A stretch of DNA of 64,000 bases from Alphaproteobacteria bacterium. Lineage in GTDB: Bacteria; Pseudomonadota; Alphaproteobacteria; CACIAM-22H2. Within the stretch, counting starts at the first letter, position 1. Each line of letters starts with the position of its first letter. The stretch covers positions 4,616,874 to 4,680,873 of the forward strand of contig OZ257155.1 of NCBI GenBank assembly GCA_965279355.1. Direction: 5' to 3'. Under the pieces are notes generated by a model, which was given only the letters and a program-made list of their open reading frames with translations, was not told where the DNA came from and ran no database searches. Positions 9,791 through 19,507 of the stretch are shown here, in pieces. Both the position numbers and the translations under genes were made by a program.

Positions 9791-9818
9791 GGTGTGATCT
9801 CCCAATGACTGTTTCATT

Positions 9819-11099
9819 TCAGGATTTCCATTCATAGGCGACGGTGCCGGGCGGATGTTTGTACCAGCCGGGATCGGCGTAGCTGTTGCGGGCAAGGCCT
9901 TCGCGGACCTTCAGAACCGTGAACATCCCGCCCATTTCAATGGGACCGAACGGACCCTGGCCGCTCATCATCGGCAGCGTGTTGTCAGGAAGCGGCATTT
10001 CCATCTCTCCCATATCCGCCATCCCGCGTTCGCCCATCACCATGTAGTCGGGGATCAGGTTGATGATCCGTTTCGCCACGCCGCGATGGTCCACGCCGAT
10101 CATCGTCGGCACGTCGTGTCCCATCGCATTCATGGTGTGATGCGATTTGTGGCAGTGGAAGGCCCAGTCGCCGGGCTCGTTCGCGACGAACTCGAAGGCG
10201 CGCATCGCGCCGACCGGCATGTCCACCGTGACTTCCGGCCAGCGCGCGCCGGGCGGCACCCAGCCGCCATCGGTGCAGGTGACCTGGAAATCGTAGCCGT
10301 GCAGGTGGATCGGGTGATTGGTCATGGTGAGATTTCCCATGCGCACCCGCACCCGGTCGCCCCGCCGCACGACCAACGGGTCGATGCCGGGGAAGACCCG
10401 GCTGTTCCAGCTCCACAGATTGAAGTCGGTCATGGTGGCGATCTTGGGTGTGTGACTGCCGGGATCGATGTCGTAGGCGTTGATCAGGAAAACGAAGTCC
10501 CGGTCCACGACATGCAGGTTGGGATCGCGGGGATGCACGACAATGAATCCCATGAGGCCCATCGCCATCTGGACCATTTCGTCCGCGTGCGGGTGGTACA
10601 TGAACGTCCCGCTTTTCTTCATCGTGAACTCGTAGACGAAGGTCTGTCCGGGCTTGATCTGCGGCTGCGAGAGGCCGCCGACGCCATCCATGCCGCTCGG
10701 CAGCAGGATTCCGTGCCAGTGGATCGTCGTGTGTTCCGGCAGCTTGTTGGTCACGAAGATGCGCACGCGGTCGCCCTCGACGCATTCGATGGTCGGGCCA
10801 GGGCTCTGGCCGTTATAGCCCCAGAGATTGGCCTTCATCCCGGGCGCCAGTTCACGAACCACGGGTTCGGCGATCAGATGGAATTCCTTCCAGCCGTCTT
10901 TCATGCGCCAAGGCGACGTCCAGCCATTGAGTGTGACCACCGGGTTGTAGGGACGGCCGTTGGGCGGCGCCAGCGGCTGCTGCGTGCCGGGCAGGGACTG
11001 CATCGGCGCCTCGGGAACCGAGGCCATGGACGCCCGGCTGACCGCGGAAGCGCCGACCAGGGCTCCCGATGAGACGAGAAAATCGCGACGACTAACCAT
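9819..11099 (-). CDS. Tat-exported multicopper oxidase
   Basis: Twin-arginine signal MVSRRDFLVSSG. Copper ligand motifs HWHG, HPIHLHG and HCHKSHH. Confidence 0.9.
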   Translation of the reverse strand: MVSRRDFLVSSGALVGASAVSRASMASVPEAPMQSLPGTQQPLAPPNGRPYNPVVTLNGWTSPWRMKDGWKEFHLIAEPVVRELAPGMKANLWGYNGQSPGPTIECVEGDRVRIFVTNKLPEHTTIHWHGILLPSGMDGVGGLSQPQIKPGQTFVYEFTMKKSGTFMYHPHADEMVQMAMGLMGFIVVHPRDPNLHVVDRDFVFLINAYDIDPGSHTPKIATMTDFNLWSWNSRVFPGIDPLVVRRGDRVRVRMGNLTMTNHPIHLHGYDFQVTCTDGGWVPPGARWPEVTVDMPVGAMRAFEFVANEPGDWAFHCHKSHHTMNAMGHDVPTMIGVDHRGVAKRIINLIPDYMVMGERGMADMGEMEMPLPDNTLPMMSGQGPFGPIEMGGMFTVLKVREGLARNSYADPGWYKHPPGTVAYEWKS

Positions 11100-11120
11100 T
11101 GCCGTATCCTTTTCGAAAAA

Positions 11121-12545
11121 TCAGTGGCCACCGGATGAGGCGGTGGGTGCGGCGATCCGCTGTGCGGATGCACTGGAGGTCATGCCGCCGCCGCCGGTGA
11201 GCGCGAGCTGAAGTTCGGCGTCGGCTCCCCAGAACGCGCGCTGGGCCTCGATCGCCGCCATGACACTGCCGATCTGCTCACGGGCGTCAGCCAGCAGTTC
11301 GAACACGCCAATCAGCATGCCGTTGTAGCGCAGCAGGTTTTCGTCCGAGATGCGTTTGCGCAGCGGCACGATCTCGTCGCGATAGTGACGCGCGACATCG
11401 AAATGCGTCCGATAGGCCGTGTAGGCCTCGCGGACTTCCGAGCGGGCGTTGACCGCGATCTCGGCGACGCGGTTCACGGCCTGCATGTAGAGATGCTCAG
11501 CCTTGGCCGTCCGCGCGCCGCCCCAGTCGAAGATCGGCAGCCGGACCTCGATCTCGAATCCCGTCTGCTGCGGCTTTTCAGTCGAGCTGTTACGCAGATA
11601 GCTGAGATCGAGAACGTTGATGAACCCGGTGGCGCGGGTAAGACCCAGCGACTTGCTCAGTCCCTCGATCTCGCGCTGCGCCATCTGGATATCCAGGCGT
11701 TGCGCGAGCGCCGTTGCTTCTACATCGGGCAGGTCCTTCGCGTTCGCTGGGAGAGCAGGCAAGCGGGACGGCAGCTTGAACGCCGTCTGTTCACCCCATA
11801 GTCCCATCTGCCGCGTCAGGCGCTCGCGGGCAGACAGCGCTGCCTGTTTGGCGCGGGCATGCTGGGCCACCGCTTCTGCGTAGAAGACCTGCTCGCGGCT
11901 TTCCTGAAGTCGGCCCCAATTGCCGACGCGCGCCATGCGCCGGCCAAGCTCCGCGCTGGCATCCGCCGCCTCACGAACCTGTTCCATGTAGGTCCTGGTT
12001 TCCTCGGCGGCGACGGCATCGATATAGGCGCGGCGGGTTTCGGCCGCGACCTTCAGAACCTCGCGTGCCACCTGGACCTTGGTCTGCTCGAAACGCCGCT
12101 GTTCGATCTCCATCGCAAACGGCAGGGTGAACAGGCCGATGATGTCGAAGATGAACTTTCGCTCAATCTCGACCTCGCCTTCGCGTCGCAGCCGGGCCAG
12201 CGAAAAGCCCGGATTGGCGGGACGGCCGGCCCGGACATAGTCCGCTTCGGCGACGCCAAGCTCCGCATACGACGCCTGGAGGCCGCGATTGTTGAGGAGG
12301 GCGATCTGCACCGCGTCATCCGCCGAAAGCGGCGACTTGAGCAGGTCCTGGACCTTCACCTGAACTGTCTCTGCCTCGGCGTCTGATTTGACCCAGCGCA
12401 CCTCCTTGCCGAGATGGGTGCGGGCCGACGTCTCGGCAACGGCAAAGCCGCCGTCGTCGCTGAAGGATGCGCAACCTCCGAGAAAGAGGAGCGATAGAAG
12501 GCCGGCCACTCTTTTGAGCGGTTGACGCGTTTTCAATACAGTCAT
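11121..12545 (-). CDS. TolC-family outer-membrane efflux lipoprotein
   Basis: Lipobox LLFLGGCAS after the ATG at 12545. Length and coiled-coil/beta-barrel repeat pattern match outer-membrane factor proteins. Confidence 0.85.
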   Translation of the reverse strand: MTVLKTRQPLKRVAGLLSLLFLGGCASFSDDGGFAVAETSARTHLGKEVRWVKSDAEAETVQVKVQDLLKSPLSADDAVQIALLNNRGLQASYAELGVAEADYVRAGRPANPGFSLARLRREGEVEIERKFIFDIIGLFTLPFAMEIEQRRFEQTKVQVAREVLKVAAETRRAYIDAVAAEETRTYMEQVREAADASAELGRRMARVGNWGRLQESREQVFYAEAVAQHARAKQAALSARERLTRQMGLWGEQTAFKLPSRLPALPANAKDLPDVEATALAQRLDIQMAQREIEGLSKSLGLTRATGFINVLDLSYLRNSSTEKPQQTGFEIEVRLPIFDWGGARTAKAEHLYMQAVNRVAEIAVNARSEVREAYTAYRTHFDVARHYRDEIVPLRKRISDENLLRYNGMLIGVFELLADAREQIGSVMAAIEAQRAFWGADAELQLALTGGGGMTSSASAQRIAAPTASSGGH

Positions 12546-12553
12546 GGCACGCA

Positions 12554-12862
12554 CTAATGACGGTGGTCGTGTGGAGCTGGGCCGGACGGCGCGGCCGGTA
12601 CGCCCGAACGTGCTGGCGGGGCTTCTGGTTCGACCTGACCGCGATGGCCGCGCAGACGCGCGGCTTCGTCGTTGACCGCGCGCCAAGGCAGCTGCTCGGC
12701 TTCCTCGAAGGCGCGATAGGTCGTGAACACTGATTCATAGGAAACAGCAGGCACCTTTGCCGTCGGGTTCACGGGGTCAGGGCGCGGTGCAGTTTGTGCC
12801 GGCACCAAGGATGGCGCGAGCGCCAGCGCCAGACAGGCGCCGGTTGCGAGACAAATACGCAT
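12554..12862 (-). CDS. small secreted protein with a His-rich C-terminus (PHDHRH)
   Basis: Signal peptide MRICLATGACLALALAPSLVPAQ. SD GGAG lies upstream of the ATG at 12862. Confidence 0.5.
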   Translation of the reverse strand: MRICLATGACLALALAPSLVPAQTAPRPDPVNPTAKVPAVSYESVFTTYRAFEEAEQLPWRAVNDEAARLRGHRGQVEPEAPPARSGVPAAPSGPAPHDHRH

Positions 12863-12948
12863 AAAGAACTCCATTCAGCAGCTTGCACCCGGACGATGCG
12901 CGGCCGGGAGTCGCGTGCGAACCCGCGGCCGCTCCTGGCCGCGAGTGA

Positions 12949-13371
12949 TCAGTGAATGGAGAGAATGGGCGGCGGCTTGACGAGATCAGGCCGGCCGCCG
13001 ATGAGGTGCGGCACGTCTGTGGTCGGCTGAGGCCCCCGGAAGATTTCCGAGCGAAGCGTCCATGCGATCTCCTGGGCGGCGACGGCGTTACAGACGCCGC
13101 ACGCCCCGCAGCTCGATCCCATGTCGTGCGAGCCGGTCTTGCTGCTCTCAGTGGTGCCTTCGTCCTCGACCGCATCATGACAATGCGTATGGCCGGCGAG
13201 ATCGACGGACGGAGCGTGACTTGTCTGTTCCCCCGCTGCACCCTGCGCAGGAGTAGGATCGGCGGCAGCCGGCATCAGCGCAGCGCCGGCAATACCGCGC
13301 AGGCCCATCGCCGACATCATCAGCGTAAGCGCGACAAGCCGCAGGACCGTTTTCAGAGTTTTCATTGCCAT
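12949..13371 (-). CDS. secreted Cys/His-rich putative metal-binding protein, first gene of the copper operon
   Basis: Signal-like N-terminus [19 protein letters not shown]. Motifs HTHCHD and CGACGVC. The long upstream ORF extension to 13692 was rejected. Confidence 0.5.
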   Translation of the reverse strand: MAMKTLKTVLRLVALTLMMSAMGLRGIAGAALMPAAADPTPAQGAAGEQTSHAPSVDLAGHTHCHDAVEDEGTTESSKTGSHDMGSSCGACGVCNAVAAQEIAWTLRSEIFRGPQPTTDVPHLIGGRPDLVKPPPILSIH

Positions 13372-13396
13372 GGGAAGTCTGCCGGACATCGTGGGC

Positions 13397-13427
13397 AGTA
13401 TCAACCTTCCAGCCCTTGGAAGGTCAA
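13397..13427 (-). promoter_or_regulatory. MerR/CueR-type promoter driving the minus-strand copper operon
   Basis: On the minus strand: TTGACC, then 19 nt containing the dyad ACCTTCC-N7-GGAAGGT, then GATACT. Confidence 0.6.
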
Positions 13428-13452
13428 GCGGGAGTAACAATCCTGAGCCGCT

Positions 13453-13483
13453 TGACCTTCCAGTCTTGGGAAGGTTTAGGGTC
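13453..13483 (+). promoter_or_regulatory. MerR/CueR-type promoter driving the P1B-ATPase
   Basis: TTGACC, then 19 nt (TTCCAGTCTTGGGAAGGTT), then TAGGGT. Closely resembles the E. coli copA promoter architecture as I recall it. Confidence 0.65.
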
Positions 13484-13511
13484 CGGGGCATCGGTTCGAA
13501 AAGGAAAGCCA

Positions 13512-16064
13512 ATGACCAGCCATAATGCCCACGCACACGACCGTCATCCTGCAGCGACGGACGGCGGTTCTGCCGTGAAAGATCCCGTCTGCGGAATGAT
13601 GGTGAATCCGGCCACCGCGAAGCACAAGGCCGCGCATGAAGGAAAAGACTACTTTTTCTGCTCGGCGCGCTGCCGCGAGAAGTTCGAGACAAATCCGGCG
13701 CAGTACCTCAAGGCAGTGGTGCCGGCCTCATGTTGCGGTGGTCACAAGAAAGAAGCGGGTAGCGGTGCGGCGACCGTGAAGGATCCGGTTTGCGGGATGT
13801 TGGTTGATCCGGCGACCGCGAAGCACAAGGCTGCGCATGAGGGAAAAGACTATTTCTTCTGCTCGGCGCGCTGCCGTGAAAAGTTCGAAGCGAATCCCGC
13901 GCAATATCTGGGAGATGCAAAACCGGCGGCGCCCGCGATGCCCGCCGGCACCATCTACACCTGTCCCATGCATCCGGAGATCCGGCAGGTCGGGCCGGGG
14001 GCGTGTCCGCTCTGCGGCATGGCGCTGGAGCCGGCGATGGTGACGGCTGATGCTGCGCCTAATCCCGAACTCATCGACATGACCCGGCGCTTCTGGGTCG
14101 GGCTCGCGCTGTCATTGCCGGTGGTGATCCTCGAAATGGGCGGCCATCTGTTTGATTTCGCGCATACCGTGCCGCCGCATCTGTCCGGCTGGGTTCAGCT
14201 TGTGCTCGCCACGCCAGTTGTGTGGTGGGCGGGCTGGCCGTTCTTCGAACGCGGTTGGGCCTCGTTGGTGTCGCGCCATTTCAACATGTTCACACTGATT
14301 GCCATGGGCACAGGCGTCGCTTGGCTCTACAGCGTGATTGCGACCGTCATTCCCGATGTTTTTCCGCCTGAATTCCGCGGCATGCATGACGAGGTCGCGG
14401 TCTATTTCGAGGCGGCGTCGGTGATCGTGGTGCTGGTCCTGTTGGGGCAGGTTCTGGAACTGCGCGCGCGCGAGCGGACCAGCGGTGCCTTGCGGGCGCT
14501 GCTCGACCTCTCGCCGAAAACGGCGCGGCGGATCGGACCGGATGGCGTCGATGCCGAGGTTTCACTCGATCAGGTGCAGATCGGCGATCGCCTGCGGGTC
14601 CGTCCCGGCGAAAAGGTCCCGGTCGACGGCGTGGTGGTCGAAGGCCGGAGCAGCATCGATGAGTCGATGGTCACCGGGGAATCGATGCCGGTAACAAAAC
14701 AGGTAAAGGATGCCGTCATCGGCGCTACCCTGAACCAGAATGGCAGCCTGATCATCCGTGCGGAAAAGGTCGGCAGCGACACGATGCTGGCGCGCATCGT
14801 TCAGATGGTGGCTGAAGCGCAGCGCAGCCAGGCACCGATCCAGCGCCTCGCCGATCGCGTGTCCGGCTGGTTCGTGCCGACGGTGATGGGGGTGGCGGTC
14901 GTGACGTTCATCGCCTGGTGGTTCTGGGGGCCGGAGCCGTCGTTTGTCTACGGCCTGGTGAACGCGGTCGCGGTACTGATCATTGCCTGTCCCTGTGCGC
15001 TCGGTCTTGCGACGCCGATGTCGATCATGGTCGGTGTCGGGCGCGGCGCCTCGGCCGGCGTTCTGATCAAGAATGCCGCGTCGCTGGAGCGCATGGAGAA
15101 GGTGGACACGCTGGTCGTGGACAAGACCGGCACACTCACCGAGGGCAAGCCAAAGGTCGTTGCCGTGGTGGCTCAGAGCGGCATCAGCGAACCGGATCTT
15201 CTTCGGCTGGCGGCGAGCCTGGAACAGGGCAGCGAACATCCGCTGGCGGACGCCATTGTGGCGGCGGCGCGGGAAGGGCAGCTTCCGCTTGCGCCGGCCA
15301 GCGATTTCGACTCACCGACGGGCAAGGGCGTGGTGGGTAATGTAGACGGCCGCTCCGTCGCACTGGGCAACATTATTCTGCTGCGCGATCTCAAGATCGA
15401 TGCGTCCGCGCTGGAGGCGCGGGCGGACGACTTGCGCCGTGACGGCGCCACCGTGATTTTCGTTGCGGTCGATGGGCGCGCGGCGGGCGTTATTGCCATT
15501 GCCGATCCGGTCAAGGCCACGACACCGGATGCTATCCGTGCGTTGCGGCGTGATGGCATCCGCATTGTCATGCTCACCGGCGATAATCGCACGACGGCTG
15601 AGGCCGTGGCGCGGCGGCTTGGCATCGACGAGGTCGAGGCCGAGGTGCTGCCGATGGACAAGAGCAACGTCGTGCGCCGTCTGCGCGAGCAGGGCCGGGT
15701 GGTCGCCATGGCGGGCGACGGCGTGAACGATGCGCCGGCGCTGGCGGCGGCCGATGTCGGCATCGCGATGGGTACCGGAACGGATGTGGCGATCGAGAGC
15801 GCGGGGATCACCCTGCTGAAAGGCGATCTGATGGGGATCGTGCGGGCGCGCCATCTGTCGGTCGCGACGATGAACAACATTCGCCAGAACCTGTTCTTCG
15901 CCTTTATCTATAACGCGGCAGGCGTGCCGATTGCGGCCGGTATCCTCTATCCAGTGGTCGGCATTCTGCTGAGTCCGATCTTCGCGGCGGCGGCGATGGC
16001 GCTGAGCTCGGTCAGCGTGATCGGCAATGCGCTGCGGCTGCGGATGGTCAGGCTGGACCGTTAG
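13512..16064 (+). CDS. copA: copper-translocating P1B-type ATPase
   Basis: CPC ([11 protein letters not shown]), DKTGTLT and GDGVNDAP. The N-terminus carries two YHS/TRASH-like Cys domains plus CPMHPE...CPLCGM. Confidence 0.95.
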   Translation: MTSHNAHAHDRHPAATDGGSAVKDPVCGMMVNPATAKHKAAHEGKDYFFCSARCREKFETNPAQYLKAVVPASCCGGHKKEAGSGAATVKDPVCGMLVDPATAKHKAAHEGKDYFFCSARCREKFEANPAQYLGDAKPAAPAMPAGTIYTCPMHPEIRQVGPGACPLCGMALEPAMVTADAAPNPELIDMTRRFWVGLALSLPVVILEMGGHLFDFAHTVPPHLSGWVQLVLATPVVWWAGWPFFERGWASLVSRHFNMFTLIAMGTGVAWLYSVIATVIPDVFPPEFRGMHDEVAVYFEAASVIVVLVLLGQVLELRARERTSGALRALLDLSPKTARRIGPDGVDAEVSLDQVQIGDRLRVRPGEKVPVDGVVVEGRSSIDESMVTGESMPVTKQVKDAVIGATLNQNGSLIIRAEKVGSDTMLARIVQMVAEAQRSQAPIQRLADRVSGWFVPTVMGVAVVTFIAWWFWGPEPSFVYGLVNAVAVLIIACPCALGLATPMSIMVGVGRGASAGVLIKNAASLERMEKVDTLVVDKTGTLTEGKPKVVAVVAQSGISEPDLLRLAASLEQGSEHPLADAIVAAAREGQLPLAPASDFDSPTGKGVVGNVDGRSVALGNIILLRDLKIDASALEARADDLRRDGATVIFVAVDGRAAGVIAIADPVKATTPDAIRALRRDGIRIVMLTGDNRTTAEAVARRLGIDEVEAEVLPMDKSNVVRRLREQGRVVAMAGDGVNDAPALAAADVGIAMGTGTDVAIESAGITLLKGDLMGIVRARHLSVATMNNIRQNLFFAFIYNAAGVPIAAGILYPVVGILLSPIFAAAAMALSSVSVIGNALRLRMVRLDR
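13575..13910 (+). repeat. tandem in-frame duplication (period 201 nt) of the VKDPVCGM...[18 protein letters not shown] domain
   Basis: Copies at 13575-13709 and 13776-13910 are near-identical at the protein level and clearly alignable at the DNA level. Confidence 0.85.
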
Positions 16065-16981
16065 TCGATATAGCGGCCCAGCCGCACCGCCGTCTGGCCG
16101 CGGGTCAGGCGGCGGGACGGCATGATGAGGACACAGTCGTCGTACGGCGTCACGACCCGTGTGGAGCCGTCGCGCCCGATCTCGGTGCCGCGCTCGAGGA
16201 TGACCTCGAGGCCGCGATAATCCTCGACGAAGTTGAAACTGTTCCCGGTGACGGTGACCGCATGCGTCACCTCGATGATCTTCTGGCGCGGCGCCGGCTC
16301 CTGCTTGTGGTTGGCCAGGAAGTCGGCGTCCAGCATGTCGAGGGCGGCCAGAAAACGCAGCGAAATGTCTTTCGCGACCTCGGCGCTGGCCGGGTCCTGG
16401 TGCTGGCCGCATTCCACGAGCAGCGCGTTCTTCGGGCTCTGCAGATCGCCAAAGCCGCCGTAGTCGCGCATCCGCGTTCCTGCCGCGTGTCCTTCATCGG
16501 CGACGATGATCTCCGGTGCGCCGATCTCGCGCGCGAAGTGCTGTCCTTTTTTCAGGGGGCCGCTGAGCATCAGCGGGGGGGAGTCGTTCTGCATCGAATG
16601 GAGATCGAGCAGGAAATCCGCGCTGTCGACAATGGGCCGCAATGCGCGGGCCCGGTCCAGTTCCGTGCTGCGCTCCGGACCGTCGAGACGCTCGGGCGAC
16701 CAGACCCGGTTGAAATCCTCATCCACGAACCGTGAGAAGATCGGGTTGGCGGGATCGAAACGCTGGAATGCGGCCACGTTGGCAAAGGCGAGTGTGAGGC
16801 GACCGCGCCGTGGCCGCACCTTTTCACGGAACAGATAGTCGAGGGCGATGGCGCCGCAAAGCTCATTGCCATGCACCAGAGCCGTCAGCAGGACATGCGG
16901 TCCGGGTTGGGCGCTGTCGAATGTCGTCACGTAGTCGACGCCGGTATTGCCCTTGTAGGGTGAAATATCCGGCGGTTGCAT
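16061..16981 (-). CDS. succinylglutamate desuccinylase/aspartoacylase (AstE/AspA) family zinc hydrolase
   Basis: [11 protein letters not shown] motif. ATG at 16981; the ORF track starts at a TTG at 17005. Confidence 0.7.
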   Translation of the reverse strand: MQPPDISPYKGNTGVDYVTTFDSAQPGPHVLLTALVHGNELCGAIALDYLFREKVRPRRGRLTLAFANVAAFQRFDPANPIFSRFVDEDFNRVWSPERLDGPERSTELDRARALRPIVDSADFLLDLHSMQNDSPPLMLSGPLKKGQHFAREIGAPEIIVADEGHAAGTRMRDYGGFGDLQSPKNALLVECGQHQDPASAEVAKDISLRFLAALDMLDADFLANHKQEPAPRQKIIEVTHAVTVTGNSFNFVEDYRGLEVILERGTEIGRDGSTRVVTPYDDCVLIMPSRRLTRGQTAVRLGRYID

Positions 16982-17019
16982 GCGTTGATTGTGGAGGGCG
17001 CCCAATTTTTCGACTGCGC

Positions 17020-18126
17020 TTACGTCAGAGCGATACGATAGAGGCGCATGGCGTTTTCATGCGCCACTTTTGTTCCAATAGAGTCCGGCAGCGCGTTCAC
17101 AAAAATCCGGATGTGAGGCGAAGGCGGAGGCAGGACCTGCGCGCCGCCGCTACGGCTTGGAGACTGATGAAAGTAATCGGAGCCGACCACAAACCGTTCG
17201 GGAAATGCACCCACCAGATCGATCCACGCCTGATTTGGGCGGGCGCCGGGCTCGAGAAGGCTGTTCGCCGGAACGAGTCCTCCCGGTGGATGAAGAGACA
17301 GACTCATGAACAAATTCGGATGAGTGGCAAGCAGCCGGCGCGACAGGTCGACCGTCCAGGTTCCGAGAGTGTCCCGTCCGGCGTGTGCCCAGATGATCCG
17401 CGCATTACGATTATGCGCGAGAAGCTTTTCGAAATCGGGGATGTTCGCGGCAAGTGTTTGCGGATTGTTGCCGCCTCGTTCAGCAAGGCGCAAAGGAGGC
17501 GGCATATCCTGCGGCACCGGGTCCATATGCAGATCGAGCGGTACGTCGTTCCGCGCGGCGATATCGGCGAGCAGCAACATCAGAGGATGGTTTGCCCGCA
17601 CGGATTCATAGGGATGTTGGGGGAAGTACGAGACGTGGTGTGCGGTGATCTCGCCGAAACCGACAGCGCCGGCCGCTAGAATGCGTTGCGCTACGGCTTC
17701 GAACTCCTGCCGCGTGCTTTCGGAAATTGTCGGTTCATGCCCATGGCGATGGATCATGACGTTGAGCGTTCCGCCGCCGCCGAGAAATCCGAAGCGCTGC
17801 GGATAAGCGCGGATCAGTGGCAGGAATGTATCGTAGTCATAGTTGAGGGGCTGGCCCGGCCGCTGTGGCGGCGGCATGACCAGCGCTTTGGCGATACCAA
17901 GCCGATCCATGTACTCGACGGCAGGCTGTACAGCATCACGGATCGGGTTTTGCGAGTTCGTGAGGAAGTGAGCGTGTACGTCGATTATTCTGGGCCCACC
18001 CTGCGGGATAGGCGGCATCGATCCGGCGCCGCCTGGTCCACCGGGACGTTGCGCGAACGCATTGCTCGTGAGCGCCGCCCCGACAGCGCCGAATCCCAAG
18101 CCTAGCACTGCTCTGCGTCCAATCAT
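17020..18126 (-). CDS. secreted amidohydrolase-fold (TIM-barrel metal-dependent) hydrolase
   Basis: Signal-like N-terminus. IIDVHAHF metal-binding motif. Strong SD GGAGGAG before the ATG at 18126. Confidence 0.7.
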   Translation of the reverse strand: MIGRRAVLGLGFGAVGAALTSNAFAQRPGGPGGAGSMPPIPQGGPRIIDVHAHFLTNSQNPIRDAVQPAVEYMDRLGIAKALVMPPPQRPGQPLNYDYDTFLPLIRAYPQRFGFLGGGGTLNVMIHRHGHEPTISESTRQEFEAVAQRILAAGAVGFGEITAHHVSYFPQHPYESVRANHPLMLLLADIAARNDVPLDLHMDPVPQDMPPPLRLAERGGNNPQTLAANIPDFEKLLAHNRNARIIWAHAGRDTLGTWTVDLSRRLLATHPNLFMSLSLHPPGGLVPANSLLEPGARPNQAWIDLVGAFPERFVVGSDYFHQSPSRSGGAQVLPPPSPHIRIFVNALPDSIGTKVAHENAMRLYRIALT

Positions 18127-18140
18127 GACGGCACTCCTCC

Positions 18141-19319
18141 TCACTTATAAGGTGAGCCGGTCGAATAGCGTTCCACCAGCCGGCGGAGGAAGGTGACGCA
18201 GCGGTCAATCTGCTCCAGCGCCACGAACTCGTTGGGCTTGTGCGCCTGCTCGATGTCGCCGGGGCCGCAGATGATGGTCGGGATGCCGGCTTCATTGAAC
18301 AGGCCGCCTTCGCATCCGAACGCGACCTTGCCGGCGGCTTCGTTGTCGCCGGCGGCCGCCTTGGCGCGCTGGGTGATTTCCGCGTCTTCCTCGGTGCTGA
18401 GGCCGGGAAAGCCGGAAATTTCCTCCCAGCTGATGCCCGTTCCGGGCTGCACTCTATTCATGGCCGGGAGTAGCGTGGTTTCGGCAAACCGCCGAACTTC
18501 CTCGGCCAGCGGTTTGGGATCGTGGGTTGGCAGGTAGCGGAACTCGAAATCGAACCAGCAATCCTTCGGCACGATGTTGAGCGCCGTGCCGCCGTGAATG
18601 AGGCCGGTATGGGCGGTGGTATGCGGAATGTCGAAGTCGGGATCGAACGGCCCCTCCTTCGCCAGCCGGTCGCCCAGCCTGGTGATGTAGGTGATCACCT
18701 CGGCCGCGTACTGGATCGCGTTCACGCCGTGTGGTGCCAGCGACGAATGGCATTCATACCCGTGGACGTGACAGCGGTAGCTGACCTTGCCCTTGTGGCC
18801 GCGGATCACCTTCATCGATGTCGGCTCGCCGACCACGCAGGCCAGCGGGCGGATTTTCATCCGTTCCAGTTCCGTGATCAGCCGCCGGACGCCAAGACAG
18901 CCGACTTCCTCGTCATAAGAGAAGGCGAAATGGATCGGCGTGCGCAGTCTTGCGGCATGAAATTCAGGGGCCAGCGCCAGGGCCACGGCGATGAAGCTTT
19001 TCATGTCGCAGGTGCCGCGTCCGAACAGCTTGCCGCCCCGTTCGACGATCCGGAACGGATCGCTGTCCCAGTCCTGGCCGTCGACCGGCACCACGTCGGT
19101 ATGGCCGGACAGGACCAGGCCCGGCCGGTCGTCCGGGCCGATGGTGGCGAACAGGTTGGCCTTCTTGCCGGTCTCGTCGAAGACCAGGTGCGAGGCGACG
19201 CCGATCCGGCGCAGATACTCCCGGACGTAGTCGATGAGCGCGAGGTTGGAATCCCGGCTGGTTGTGTCGAAAGCAACCAGCGCCTTGATGAGATCGACGG
19301 CTTCGCTCGACACTGACAT
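18141..19319 (-). CDS. argE: acetylornithine deacetylase-type M20 peptidase
   Basis: SGHTDVVPVDGQDWDSDPF and GRGTCDMK motifs typical of the ArgE/DapE family. Confidence 0.75.
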   Translation of the reverse strand: MSVSSEAVDLIKALVAFDTTSRDSNLALIDYVREYLRRIGVASHLVFDETGKKANLFATIGPDDRPGLVLSGHTDVVPVDGQDWDSDPFRIVERGGKLFGRGTCDMKSFIAVALALAPEFHAARLRTPIHFAFSYDEEVGCLGVRRLITELERMKIRPLACVVGEPTSMKVIRGHKGKVSYRCHVHGYECHSSLAPHGVNAIQYAAEVITYITRLGDRLAKEGPFDPDFDIPHTTAHTGLIHGGTALNIVPKDCWFDFEFRYLPTHDPKPLAEEVRRFAETTLLPAMNRVQPGTGISWEEISGFPGLSTEEDAEITQRAKAAAGDNEAAGKVAFGCEGGLFNEAGIPTIICGPGDIEQAHKPNEFVALEQIDRCVTFLRRLVERYSTGSPYK

Positions 19320-19507
19320 TGCGGCGCCGGACTGTTTGGGCAGCCTCAACTATGGCTGATCGGGGACTGCTTCGCCAGTCCCGCCGGACCGGCCGTTCTT
19401 GCCAAAGCCGTGCCGTTCGGCGATGCTTTGCGCCTTCCGGCGGAGGGGGCAACAAGGCCGATAACGGTCGTGGGAGCGCCGGAGATCTGACAAGGACATG
19501 GCGCGGT

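Noticed and set aside
13489-13500. tRNA-like GGTTCGAA (T-loop-like) string in the copA leader
   Set aside because: There are no acceptor, anticodon or D-arm pairings around it. It lies between the promoter and the start codon.
12949-13692. Long N-terminal extensions in the ORF track. Examples: 12949-13692, 13365 start of copA, 1526-3028, 21656 start of the YjbR gene, 26810 start of the regulator, 29878-31068, 43483 start of FDH gamma, 44271 start of the WD40 gene, 46324 start of chpT, 47054 start of the HPt-like gene.
   Set aside because: The extensions run through upstream genes or promoter regions. They are Arg/Pro-rich and precede internal start codons that have Shine-Dalgarno sequences, signal peptides or family-typical N-termini. 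Shorter starts were used.
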